45,757 nucleotides of DNA from Coleofasciculus sp. B1-GNL1-01 (GTDB lineage Bacteria > Cyanobacteriota > Cyanobacteriia > Cyanobacteriales > Coleofasciculaceae). A program made the translations under genes and the position numbers. Below, piece by piece: positions 29,562 to 38,859 of this stretch (the stretch's first letter is position 1; each line of letters starts with the position of its first letter). The notes under the pieces were generated by a model, which saw only the letters and a list, made by a program, of their open reading frames with translations, was not told where the DNA came from and ran no database searches. The DNA lies in NCBI GenBank assembly GCA_040220235.1, contig JAVJTO010000115.1. The stretch is one strand, 5' to 3'.

Positions 29562-31073
29562 CTATCCCAAAAACAGTTTATACGCCGGATTCTGGTTTTC
29601 ATCCCAATAGCGATAACCCAAAGTATCCAGAAACCCTTGCCATTCCTCCATCTCGTGCGGCGGAACCTGCATTCCCACGACAATGCGCCCATAATCTGCC
29701 CCATTATTCCGGTAGTGAAATAAGCTAATATTCCAATTAGGACTCATGGAACCAACAAACTTCATTAAAGCACCCGGACGTTCAGGAAACTCAAAGCGAT
29801 AAAGTAATTCATTATCCGCTAAGGAAGAATGTCCGCCTACCATGTGCCGTAGGTGCATTTTTGTCAGTTCATCATCGGTTAAATCTAAGGTTTTGAATCC
29901 ACACCCTTCAAACGCTTCTATCATCTTGGCGGCGTCACTGCGGTTGGCAATTTGAACACCGACAAAAATATGTGCCTCGTTTTCAGCAGAAATGCGATAA
30001 TTAAACTCAGTTAGATTCCGTTTACCCAAGCATTCACAAAACTGACGCAAACTCCCCGGTTTTTCGGGAATTGTCACAGCAAAAATAGCTTCGCGACGTT
30101 CACCAAACTCTGCCCGTTCTGCCACAAAGCGGAGACGGTCAAAGTTCATATTAGCACCGCAGGCAACGGCAACTAAGGTTTGTCCCTGAATTTGCTCGCG
30201 TTCAACATAAGTTTTAGCGGCTGCGATCGCTAATGCCCCAGCGGGTTCTAAAATAGAACGTGTATCCTCGAAAACATCTTTAATCGCGGCACAGGTGGCA
30301 TCAGTATCCACCAGAATAATCTCATCCACATATTGTTGACACAGGCGAAAGGTTTCTTCCCCCACTTCTCGCACTGCCACCCCATCAGCAAATAAGCCCA
30401 CCTGGGGTAATCGCACCCGTTTCCCAGCTTTTAGGGATTGATACATAGCATCCGCATCCACGGGTTCAACGCCAATTATCTTAATGTGGGGATACAACCG
30501 TTTTACATACGCGGCAATCCCAGAGATTAATCCACCGCCACCAATTGCCACAAAAATAGCATGGATAGGTTGCTGATATTGGCGGAGAATTTCCATGCCA
30601 ATCGTACCTTGTCCGGCAATCACATCCGGATCATCAAAGGGATGAATAAAGGTTAACCCTTTTTCGGCTTCCAGTTTCCGGGCAAAGGCGTAGGCTTCAT
30701 CGTAGGTTTCTCCCTGCAAAACCACCTCTCCGCCACGGGCTTTAACCGCATTTACCTTAACTTGGGGCGTGGTTACGGGCATAACGATAATCGCTTGGGT
30801 GCCTAGCTGACGCGCAGCTAGGGCGACGCCTTGGGCATGGTTTCCGGCAGATGCGGCAATTACGCCCTGTGCCAGCATATCGGGGGGGAGTTGTGCCATT
30901 TTGTTATACGCCCCGCGCAGTTTGAAGGAAAAGACGGATTGCATATCCTCCCGTTTGAGTAGGAGTTGGTTATTCAAGCGGGCGGATAGGTTGGGGGCGT
31001 ATTCTAGCGGGGTTTCTTGGGCAACATCGTAGACGCGGGCGGTGAGGATTTGTACTAGGTAGTCACAAAGCAT
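29562..31073 (-). CDS. ilvA: Threonine ammonia-lyase, biosynthetic
   Basis: KREDMQSVFSFKLRGA, SAGNHAQG, GGGGL, two C-terminal ACT-like domains (PEKPGS, FPERPGAL). Confidence 0.97.
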   Translation of the reverse strand: MLCDYLVQILTARVYDVAQETPLEYAPNLSARLNNQLLLKREDMQSVFSFKLRGAYNKMAQLPPDMLAQGVIAASAGNHAQGVALAARQLGTQAIIVMPVTTPQVKVNAVKARGGEVVLQGETYDEAYAFARKLEAEKGLTFIHPFDDPDVIAGQGTIGMEILRQYQQPIHAIFVAIGGGGLISGIAAYVKRLYPHIKIIGVEPVDADAMYQSLKAGKRVRLPQVGLFADGVAVREVGEETFRLCQQYVDEIILVDTDATCAAIKDVFEDTRSILEPAGALAIAAAKTYVEREQIQGQTLVAVACGANMNFDRLRFVAERAEFGERREAIFAVTIPEKPGSLRQFCECLGKRNLTEFNYRISAENEAHIFVGVQIANRSDAAKMIEAFEGCGFKTLDLTDDELTKMHLRHMVGGHSSLADNELLYRFEFPERPGALMKFVGSMSPNWNISLFHYRNNGADYGRIVVGMQVPPHEMEEWQGFLDTLGYRYWDENQNPAYKLFLG

Positions 31074-31434
31074 GGGTAAACCGGGTGGCAGATGCAGGAT
31101 GTAACGAAAATTTTACTTTATTGGCGTCGCTAGTTGTGGGGGGGAGGGTGCGATTATGCTTGATGATAGGTCAACGAGTTACGACGAGAGCAAAATTTAG
31201 AAGTCAACTAGCCCAAACTACAACGCTAAGGTTCATTGTGGGGCAGTTTGACTTAAGCCCCATGGCAGTAAAATAAGCATTTTTGGAGCACCGAAACCTT
31301 TGATATACCGTAGGATGGACAATGCCAACCAGCCTTAATTCAGTACCATTCGACTTAAGTCGTTGTTAGATCACGTTAGCTATAATAATGCATGTAATTT
31401 CTTCTTTAGTAGAACATCTCAAGTAAGCAAAGCC

Positions 31435-31653
31435 ATGAAATGTAGTTTCATCTCTCTGTATCAAGAAACAATATCTCAGAAAAAGGTAAGTTCTAAACCT
31501 ACAGATATATTGCTTGGTACTCAAACTAGAACAGATTCTCGTGAGGGAGTTGACCAAGATCCCTGGAATCGGAACACTCAGACTTTTACAACAGTACGAG
31601 GTAATTCTGATTCTGATGACTCACCTATACAATTCGTCATAATTCCGCAATAA
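31435..31653 (+). CDS. Graspetide (omega-ester RiPP) precursor, 72 aa, two core repeats
   Basis: Cores TQTRTDSREGVDQD and TQTFTTVRGNSDSD (TxTxTxxx(E/G)xxDxD); ends 9 nt before an ATP-grasp gene. Confidence 0.78.
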   Translation: MKCSFISLYQETISQKKVSSKPTDILLGTQTRTDSREGVDQDPWNRNTQTFTTVRGNSDSDDSPIQFVIIPQ

Positions 31654-31662
31654 AAAAGTTAG

Positions 31663-32634
31663 ATGATAATAGTTCTCTCGAATTCCTTAGATGTAACATC
31701 AGATTATGTTTGTTCTAGATTAGAACACGAAGGATTGGATTACATCAGATTAAATACTGATCACTTGATTGAAAAAACGGAGTTACTCTATAAATTTAAT
31801 TACCTTTTACTTTCTATAGACAATCAAACGTTGACACCAGATAAGGTTAATTCAGTATGGTACAGGAGACCACAACCCCTGAGATTACCAGAAGGTAAAA
31901 AGTTTGAGAAAGGCGAACAAGCACATGCCCTTAGTGAGTGGAGTGCAGCAATTGAAGGTTTTTTATCTCATATTCCTACTCATTATTGGATTAATCATCC
32001 AAGGAACAATGCTTCAGCATCATCCAAGCTAGAACAACTGAGTCGTGCCAAAAAGTTCGAGCTTACGATTCCACGAACCTTAGTTACTCAATCTTTTGAA
32101 GAAGTTATCCAGTTTTGGACAGAATGCAATGGGAAAATAGTAATTAAGCCAATTTCCCATGGATATATTGAAAGAGATAATCCTCAAGAAGATACAGTAA
32201 TTTTTACGAATGAATTTACGCTGGATAAACTAAAAGAAAATCGTGATATTTTGTGTCTATGTCCCACTCTATTTCAGGAGAAGGTAAAAAAAATATGCGA
32301 TGTTAGAGTCAATGTTATAGACAAAGAAGTAATTGCTACTGCAATTTACGCCTCTGAACGAGATAAATTGCAAACTATTGATATCCGCAGAAACAATATG
32401 CAATACGTGAGATATGAATCCATAAAATTACCCTATTCATTAAAAATAAATCTCTTAGATATTTGCCGTTCTTATCAACTAAGATTTGCAGCTATTGATA
32501 TGGCAATTAATACAGATTATGAATGGTTATTTTTTGAAATAAATCCAAATGGTCAGTGGGCTTGGCTGGACTTGGAAGGCGTAACAGATATTGGGAGTAT
32601 ATTGTTAAACTCAATGCAAAGCCCTTCTCTATAA
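31663..32634 (+). CDS. MvdC/MvdD-type ATP-grasp peptide maturase
   Basis: VWYRRP, SSKLEQL, IPRTLVT, IKP, LFQE, DVRV, FAAIDM, FFEINPNGQWAWL. Confidence 0.9.
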   Translation: MIIVLSNSLDVTSDYVCSRLEHEGLDYIRLNTDHLIEKTELLYKFNYLLLSIDNQTLTPDKVNSVWYRRPQPLRLPEGKKFEKGEQAHALSEWSAAIEGFLSHIPTHYWINHPRNNASASSKLEQLSRAKKFELTIPRTLVTQSFEEVIQFWTECNGKIVIKPISHGYIERDNPQEDTVIFTNEFTLDKLKENRDILCLCPTLFQEKVKKICDVRVNVIDKEVIATAIYASERDKLQTIDIRRNNMQYVRYESIKLPYSLKINLLDICRSYQLRFAAIDMAINTDYEWLFFEINPNGQWAWLDLEGVTDIGSILLNSMQSPSL

Positions 32635-32641
32635 TTTAGAT

Positions 32642-33340
32642 ATGAATTTCTCTGCTTACATTACATGGATATTGATGCGCTGCGCTATAGTCGAATGTAC
32701 TTTATCAGAAGTTCAGCATAGACAATATGAGCCTGAGATAAAGGTTGATACGATTCCTGAAAAATTGCAAGTCACTGACGATAAAATTAATTTTCTCAAA
32801 AATAAAAATGATGAAATAAAAGATCGTAGAGATAGGGTAGATACCAAAGCGCGTACTTTGTTGACCTTAACTTCTATATTACTTGGTTTAATTTCTAGCG
32901 TCACTAGCATTGCATCGGCAAAATATGTCGGCATTTGGGCAATTATTCCTCTTATTTTGCTATTTGTCACTATATTTTTACTTACTGTATATTTGGGAGT
33001 TGATAGGAGTCAAACAGTTGATTATAGCTATATTTTTGCGGAATCAGAATCAGCTAATAGGATGCTATGTAATGATAGGCTTATGTCGCAAAATTACAAT
33101 GGGCGTGTGACGGATTTCATGCTTGATCTATATCGAGCTGCTTTACGATATTTTTCTCTGGCGATACTATGTATTATGATTCTGGGAATTTGGAACATTT
33201 TATCTAATGATAGTAACTGGTTCACCAAAGAGGTTAGAGACTATAAAACACAATCTGCCTTAAAAGACAATACCCTTACTTGCCAAAAATTTATGAATGA
33301 AAGTAAAACTAATAAGGCGACGGTTTCAAAGCCGGATTAA
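32642..33340 (+). CDS. 3-TM membrane protein, possibly Pycsar-effector (DUF5706)/SLATT-like
   Basis: Charged helix ending RVDTKA, two adjacent TM helices, a soluble loop and a third TM; 7 nt after the ATP-grasp stop. Confidence 0.55.
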   Translation: MNFSAYITWILMRCAIVECTLSEVQHRQYEPEIKVDTIPEKLQVTDDKINFLKNKNDEIKDRRDRVDTKARTLLTLTSILLGLISSVTSIASAKYVGIWAIIPLILLFVTIFLLTVYLGVDRSQTVDYSYIFAESESANRMLCNDRLMSQNYNGRVTDFMLDLYRAALRYFSLAILCIMILGIWNILSNDSNWFTKEVRDYKTQSALKDNTLTCQKFMNESKTNKATVSKPD

Positions 33341-33418
33341 GTATCCTCTGTTCATATAATAACAAATTATCCCTCTTTAGCTATCTCAGACGTAACCAAA
33401 TCTATCAGAATAGATCTC

Positions 33419-33910
33419 TCAGAATTCTCCCACTATTGCCAAAATTTGGTTATACAGAGCTGGAGAAACTCTAAACTGGTATGTAGCAATGAGTTCATCC
33501 ATTAAAGGTTGAACTGCAGGAATCAACGATCGCTGTTTGGCTTCCACTAATATCCCTAGTAAGCCAGTAATTCTGATACCTAGACGGTTCGCTGCTGTTC
33601 TACCACGACGCTCATCAATGAGTAACAAGTCAGCATTGATTTCCAGTGCTAAAGCGATCGCTTCAGATTCACCTGGATCGAGTTGCACTGTATTTTGCAA
33701 TTGCTCAACCATTGCGCGATCGCGAACCGATCGAACCTCAATCCATGGAAGAGTCTGTACTTCCACTGTTCCAGGAACAGGCGGCTCGACCGTTAATTCT
33801 TGGTAAACTGCTGTTGGAATGAAAATGCAATCATAAAGCTGTTGAAGCAAGTGAAGATGTCCGATCGCCGCCAGGTTTGTAAAGACGGAAGTATCACTAA
33901 TAACTATCAC
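33419..33910 (-). CDS. DUF3368 PIN-like toxin (copy 2)
   Basis: Same length as, and closely similar to, 28671-29162. Confidence 0.88.
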   Translation of the reverse strand: MIVISDTSVFTNLAAIGHLHLLQQLYDCIFIPTAVYQELTVEPPVPGTVEVQTLPWIEVRSVRDRAMVEQLQNTVQLDPGESEAIALALEINADLLLIDERRGRTAANRLGIRITGLLGILVEAKQRSLIPAVQPLMDELIATYQFRVSPALYNQILAIVGEF

Positions 33911-34155
33911 AGCCGACCCAATTCCCGGAGGTTTTTGAGATCTAGCTCGAAGTCTTCAACATTGTAGTGATAGAGTGGTATTTGACGCTGTTTGAGCAAT
34001 TCCCGGAAGGCACCATCTGACATCTGGGCTAAGTGACTGGCGTGACCAATCGTTAGCCGACCTGCTTGAAATAGCAGTAGTGCAATTTCTTGTTTAAATT
34101 CGGCAGCTTCCATTTGACAGGCGCGAAGGGTTTCGTCAGAGATGATAACACTCAT
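33907..34155 (-). CDS. UPF0175 family antitoxin (copy 2)
   Basis: Differs from copy 1 at 3 of 82 residues. Confidence 0.88.
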   Translation of the reverse strand: MSVIISDETLRACQMEAAEFKQEIALLLFQAGRLTIGHASHLAQMSDGAFRELLKQRQIPLYHYNVEDFELDLKNLRELGRL

Positions 34156-34347
34156 AGTTTAAATATAGAAACCACTACTCTTTTAGGATAACTGCTCCAC
34201 TCCAGCCAGAAAAGAGAGTGATGCTCCAGCAAAGGCAACTATTAATTGAGTGTTTAATAGTTGGTTCATAATTATTTTTCCCAATTCAACAGGTATAAAA
34301 GGGTGATTAGTGGGGTGAGCATTGAACTCATTTTATGATCGGTGATC

Positions 34348-35463
34348 TCAGACATTACTCAAAACCAGGTTATCTCGATGCACAACTGTTTCCGCCCCAC
34401 CATAGCCCAAAATTTCGGGAATGTCGGCTGATTTATGTCCCCGAATTTTCTGTAATTCCAGACTGCTGTAGTTGACCAATCCTCTAGCCATTTCTACGCC
34501 ATGACTATCACAGAGTTGTACCGCATCCGAGGCGTTAAAATTCCCCTCAATTGCGGTAATTCCGGCGGCTAATAGAGACTTACCCCCTTGACAAATTGCC
34601 CTGACTGCACCCTGATCTAAATACAACTTACCCGCCGGAACTAAACTGTGAGCAATCCAACGCTTACGGGCGTTTTCGGTTCGTGGTTGGGGGGCAAATT
34701 GCGTTCCTAATGGTTCTCCCTGTAAGATTTTTTCGATCGCTTCGGGGTGTCGCCCTTGGGTAATCACGGTTCTCACTCCCGCACTTGTGGCAATTCTGGC
34801 GGCGGTAATTTTGGTTACCATTCCTCCTGTTCCCCACTGAGAACCTGCTTTCCCAGTTTGTATCTGAAGTTCGGCTAACTCTTCCATGCTGTTCACCAGG
34901 GTAATCGGTTCAGCATCAGGGACTTGACGCGGATCAGCCGAATAGAGTCGATCAACATCGGTTAATAAGAATAACCAATCGGCTTCGATTAAACTCGCCA
35001 CCATAGCCGAGAGGGTATCGTTATCGCCAAATTTGAGTTCCTCGACAGCGACGGTATCATTTTCATTCACTACGGGAATGACACCAAGCTGCAATAGTTC
35101 TCGAAATGTCGCGTAAGCATTAACATAGCAACTGCGCTGTACCAAGTCTTGGCGGCTTAACAAAATTTGCGCGATCGCTTGCTGAAGACTGGAAAATAAA
35201 TCATCATAGACTCGCATTAACCGTCCCTGACCCACAGCCGCGACAGCTTGCTTGAGTGCGAGGGTTTGAGGACGAGTCTTTAATCCCAATCGTCCACACC
35301 CAACTCCCACTGCACCAGAGGTGACTAAGACTACACCATACCCAGAGGAACGCAACCTAGTCAGCGTTTCCACTAGCATCGCAATCGTTGACAGCGCTAG
35401 CTGACCCGTTTCTGGATGAGTCAGACTGGATGTACCCACTTTGACAACAATTGTTTCGGTCAT
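34348..35463 (-). CDS. proB: Glutamate 5-kinase
   Basis: [39 protein letters not shown]-terminal PUA domain. Confidence 0.97.
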   Translation of the reverse strand: MTETIVVKVGTSSLTHPETGQLALSTIAMLVETLTRLRSSGYGVVLVTSGAVGVGCGRLGLKTRPQTLALKQAVAAVGQGRLMRVYDDLFSSLQQAIAQILLSRQDLVQRSCYVNAYATFRELLQLGVIPVVNENDTVAVEELKFGDNDTLSAMVASLIEADWLFLLTDVDRLYSADPRQVPDAEPITLVNSMEELAELQIQTGKAGSQWGTGGMVTKITAARIATSAGVRTVITQGRHPEAIEKILQGEPLGTQFAPQPRTENARKRWIAHSLVPAGKLYLDQGAVRAICQGGKSLLAAGITAIEGNFNASDAVQLCDSHGVEMARGLVNYSSLELQKIRGHKSADIPEILGYGGAETVVHRDNLVLSNV

Positions 35464-35740
35464 TTGTCATTTGTCATTTGTCATTTGTCATTTGTCATTC
35501 GTCATTCGTCATTCGTCATTCGTCATTTGTTGAAGATGACTTGCACTCTAATCGGGGCGGGTTTAGTGATATCAAGGTGACAACCCAACGTTAGTGGTAA
35601 AACCCGCCCCTACAATTCCCCAGCTCCCCCAGCTCCCCCAGCTCCCCCAGCTCCCCCAGCTCCCCCAGCTCCCCCAGCTCCCCCAGCTCCCCCAGCTCCC
35701 CCAGCTCCCTCTGCTTCCCCAGCTCCCTCTGCTTCCCCTC
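35460..35740. repeat. Repeat patch: (TCATTTG/TCATTCG)n, GTAG-REP, (CCCCAGCTC)n
   Basis: Read directly; same order of modules as 21099-21370 on the opposite strand. Confidence 0.88.
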
Positions 35741-35906
35741 TCAACACAATAGAGCGCTACGTCCTCAACTAAGGGATATAGCGCTCGCTATGGAATTATA
35801 ACAGGTGTTTTTATTATGGTTAGGGTCTTTATAATGGCTGACCCCATTTGAACTATTATCAGAATCTCATGATTTTCTGACTGCCTGCTTTTTCATAATC
35901 TTTTCT

Positions 35907-36497
35907 TTATATTTCAGTTTGTCTTGATTTATCTTTTTTTGTAAAGTTATGTTGCTTACTGGGCAATGATACGCCAAGAATTTGAGTGACCCAGACTTCA
36001 AAATCGCGAATGGGAGAAGAATAGGCAGTTTGAGTGGGGTCTATCATGGGTTCGACGAGAATGGTAAACATGCCGAGTCGGTTTCCGGCTAAGACATCTG
36101 TAAATAAGCGATCGCCTACCATGGCTACTTGTTCTACGGGCAAATTCATAGCGGCGGCGGCTTGTTTTAATTTGCGTCGGGATGGTTTACCCGCACCGTG
36201 TAGATAAGGCAGATTCAGGGAGTTGGCAATCCCACCAATCCGTGTCTCACTCAGATTATTACTCACCAGCCACAGGGAGGCGATGGGTCTAATGTCTTCC
36301 ACCCACGCCCTGAGTTCTTCTGAAGCTTGGGAGGCTTTCAGGGGAACCAAGGTTTCATCCACATCCAGTACTAATCCTTTAAGTTGATAGTGTTGCAGGA
36401 TATCTCGAGTCAAACTCAAGATTGGACCTCCCAGAACTAAGTCGGGTTCTAAATTTGATACCCACGCCATCTTTTCTAAGTTTGATACCCAAGACAT
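35907..36497 (-). CDS. yqeG: YqeG family HAD-IIIA phosphatase
   Basis: LVLDVDETL, LVSNN, KP, MVGDRLFTDVLAGNRLG; start at 36497 or 36470. Confidence 0.9.
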   Translation of the reverse strand: MSWVSNLEKMAWVSNLEPDLVLGGPILSLTRDILQHYQLKGLVLDVDETLVPLKASQASEELRAWVEDIRPIASLWLVSNNLSETRIGGIANSLNLPYLHGAGKPSRRKLKQAAAAMNLPVEQVAMVGDRLFTDVLAGNRLGMFTILVEPMIDPTQTAYSSPIRDFEVWVTQILGVSLPSKQHNFTKKDKSRQTEI

Positions 36498-36668
36498 AAG
36501 CCGTGATTTGTCCTCAGCCAATAACTTTATTCCCACCGAATGGTTGTAGCAGCGTTCCTGCTTCATCTAGCGTAGCAGTCTTCGCGATCGCAGCCTAGAA
36601 CTAAAGTTCTGGCTTAAAGCTCAAACCCGTTTAAACGGGTTCAAAAATTTACCCAATAAGCTTCATTC

Positions 36669-37760
36669 TTAAGGTTGTTGAATTTGCTGCGCTTCCCGTT
36701 GTTTACGAATGGCGTCTCTTGCCGCTTCATGGGCTTCTAATGTTTTACTAAATAAGTGAGTGCCATCATAGCGGGCGACAAAAAAGAGATAGTCGGTTTG
36801 TTCGGGATTGAGTGTGGCTTTTAAACTGTCTAATCGGGGACTGCCAATCGGGGTAGGTGGTAATCCTTGATTGAGATAGGTGTTATAAGGCGACGGTGTT
36901 CCCACTTGGGCGTAAGTTAGGGGTTGATCTGCTGTTTGACGAAAGCCTAATCCATATTCAACCGTCGGATCAGATTCTAGTTTCATCCCTCGGCGGAGAC
37001 GGGCAGTAAATACCCCGGCAATCAGGGGGCGTTCATCGGCAACCACTGCCTCTTTTTCTACGATACTGGCTAAGGTTACCCACTCATGTAAACTGAGTTG
37101 AGTTTGTTCTTGTTCCTGTTGATATACGGGTAAAGCCACCTGCTCAAATTGATTGAGCATTTGGTTAATAATTTGTTGGGGGGTGACGCGATCGCTCGGC
37201 AGTTGATAGGTGTCAGGATATAGGTAGCCCTCTAGGTGCGGTAAGTTACTGGGTAACCAGGGAAACTGATCGTCAGGAATCTGACTCGCCGCCGCCAGAA
37301 AGTCTTGGGCTTTAAAATATCCCAGGGATTCAAAATAGGTTGCCATCTGCTGGAGGGACCACCCTTCGGGAATCGTGAAGGAGAGTTGCATCACTTCACC
37401 CGTCCAAATTTTTTGGGCAACGTCGGGTAAGGGTTGACTGGGGGATAGTTTATAGGTTCCAGCTTTAAATCCACCGTCGGGATCTTGCAGTTTTAACCAA
37501 TACCCCCAGAGTCTCCAGGCATTGGCTGAACGAATTAAACCCGCTTCTTCTAAATCAAAACCGATTTGTTGGGCGGCTGTTCCGGTGGGAATCTGGATTT
37601 GTAAGGTATTGGTTGATGCGTCTAAGGATTGATCGACAGGGGGAGACTGTACCCAACTCCACCATGCCCATCCCTGCCATAAACCGATTACCATGGTTAC
37701 CGGGAGTAAGGCAAGATAATAAGACCATTTAGAGAATTGTTGAATTGTTTTATTTGTCAT
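36669..37760 (-). CDS. mltG: Endolytic transglycosylase MltG
   Basis: TIPEG, LEGYLYPDTY, LASIVEKE, LESDPT, SPYNTY..GLPPTPI. Confidence 0.95.
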   Translation of the reverse strand: MTNKTIQQFSKWSYYLALLPVTMVIGLWQGWAWWSWVQSPPVDQSLDASTNTLQIQIPTGTAAQQIGFDLEEAGLIRSANAWRLWGYWLKLQDPDGGFKAGTYKLSPSQPLPDVAQKIWTGEVMQLSFTIPEGWSLQQMATYFESLGYFKAQDFLAAASQIPDDQFPWLPSNLPHLEGYLYPDTYQLPSDRVTPQQIINQMLNQFEQVALPVYQQEQEQTQLSLHEWVTLASIVEKEAVVADERPLIAGVFTARLRRGMKLESDPTVEYGLGFRQTADQPLTYAQVGTPSPYNTYLNQGLPPTPIGSPRLDSLKATLNPEQTDYLFFVARYDGTHLFSKTLEAHEAARDAIRKQREAQQIQQP

Positions 37761-37835
37761 TTGTCATTTGTTATTTGTCATTCGTCATTTGTCATACTCG
37801 CTTGCGCGAGAAGCAAGCTACGCCATTCGTCATTT

Positions 37836-38423
37836 TTAATCTAAGTCTTCAAATAATAACTCTTCTAGCATGGGTTGGACTTTTTGAAATTCTTCGGGCG
37901 ATAAGAGTTCTAATTGACCTTTGGAGTTGCGTTTAGCGAAAAAGAGTAGGGGATCGAGGGGGGTGTAAATTCCATACTCTTGTTCTTCATGGTAAAAATT
38001 CGCCAACAGTTGCAATTGTTCGGGTTCGAGTTCCACATCTTCTTCGGCGAGTTCAATACTGAGAATCTCCTCCTCATCCACGGGCGGAAGTTCACCCGCG
38101 ACGGTTAGCGTAAATGCGGTGCGTTTCAGGATGAGATTTTGTTCGGCGAGAACGGCTTGAGCATCGGAAAAGATTTCATCGATTTCTGTCTCGTCTTCTA
38201 CGAGGGTAGCATCCGCAAGATCGTCAGCCTGATCATCCTCATCCCAGGCGACAATTTCGACGGGGGAATCGATAGGGAGGAGGAGTAAATAGTCGATTCC
38301 TTCCACATTCAGAGAATGCTCGATTGAACAATTTAGCGATCGCCCCGCCTCATCGGTGAGCGTTACATTACTACTACTGTGACCAGATTGTCCATTTTCT
38401 TGGGGAAAGTCAGATGAGAACAT
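37836..38423 (-). CDS. DUF3727 family acidic protein
   Basis: LTDEAGRSL.C.IE, Y.LLLP.D.P, A.AVLAE..L.LK.TA.TLTV.GELP, IYTPLDP; usual neighbour of mltG. Confidence 0.85.
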   Translation of the reverse strand: MFSSDFPQENGQSGHSSSNVTLTDEAGRSLNCSIEHSLNVEGIDYLLLLPIDSPVEIVAWDEDDQADDLADATLVEDETEIDEIFSDAQAVLAEQNLILKRTAFTLTVAGELPPVDEEEILSIELAEEDVELEPEQLQLLANFYHEEQEYGIYTPLDPLLFFAKRNSKGQLELLSPEEFQKVQPMLEELLFEDLD

Positions 38424-38540
38424 GCCGTTTTTGTCAAGGCTTATGGAATATCAAAAACTTGCCGTACTCTGGGGATCAGGTGGCAAAGTCTTAGAATATC
38501 ACGGCGCATGAACTCAAAATCATAATCTTCGATTATAGGT

Positions 38541-38757
38541 AGGGGCTGCTGAATAAGTGTTGTGGTGGGGAGAGGGAACAGGCAACAGGCAACAGGCAAC
38601 AGTTTTATTGCCCCGTCTTCGGCAGATTCTGCATCGCATCTTCCCAAAATGCTCTTGATGTAGAACTTCCTTGGAGCCAAAACCTTGCACTTTCTTCAGC
38701 TTTAATAGCCTTCTAACCCTTGATGGCTAAGGGTTTCCGGCTTGTGCAGCAAATCCT
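38541..38757. mobile_element. MITE-like element, second member of the 1-216 family
   Basis: AGGGGCTGCTGAATAAG ... CTTGTGCAGCAAATCCT; essentially the same length, with shared internal motifs. Confidence 0.6.
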
Positions 38758-38859
38758 CAGTAGATCCTCATCGATAGCACTACGGGGACACGATAGGATA
38801 TCAGTTAATTTCAGAACAGGGAACAGTAACGAATGTTCTAACCCGCCCTAGTACCGCTG

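Noticed and set aside
31663..32634. ATP-grasp as housekeeping RimK or as part of a microviridin cluster
   Set aside because: The EINPNGQW motif and adjacent Thr/Asp precursor indicate a graspetide ligase, but the microviridin core, leader and second ligase are absent.
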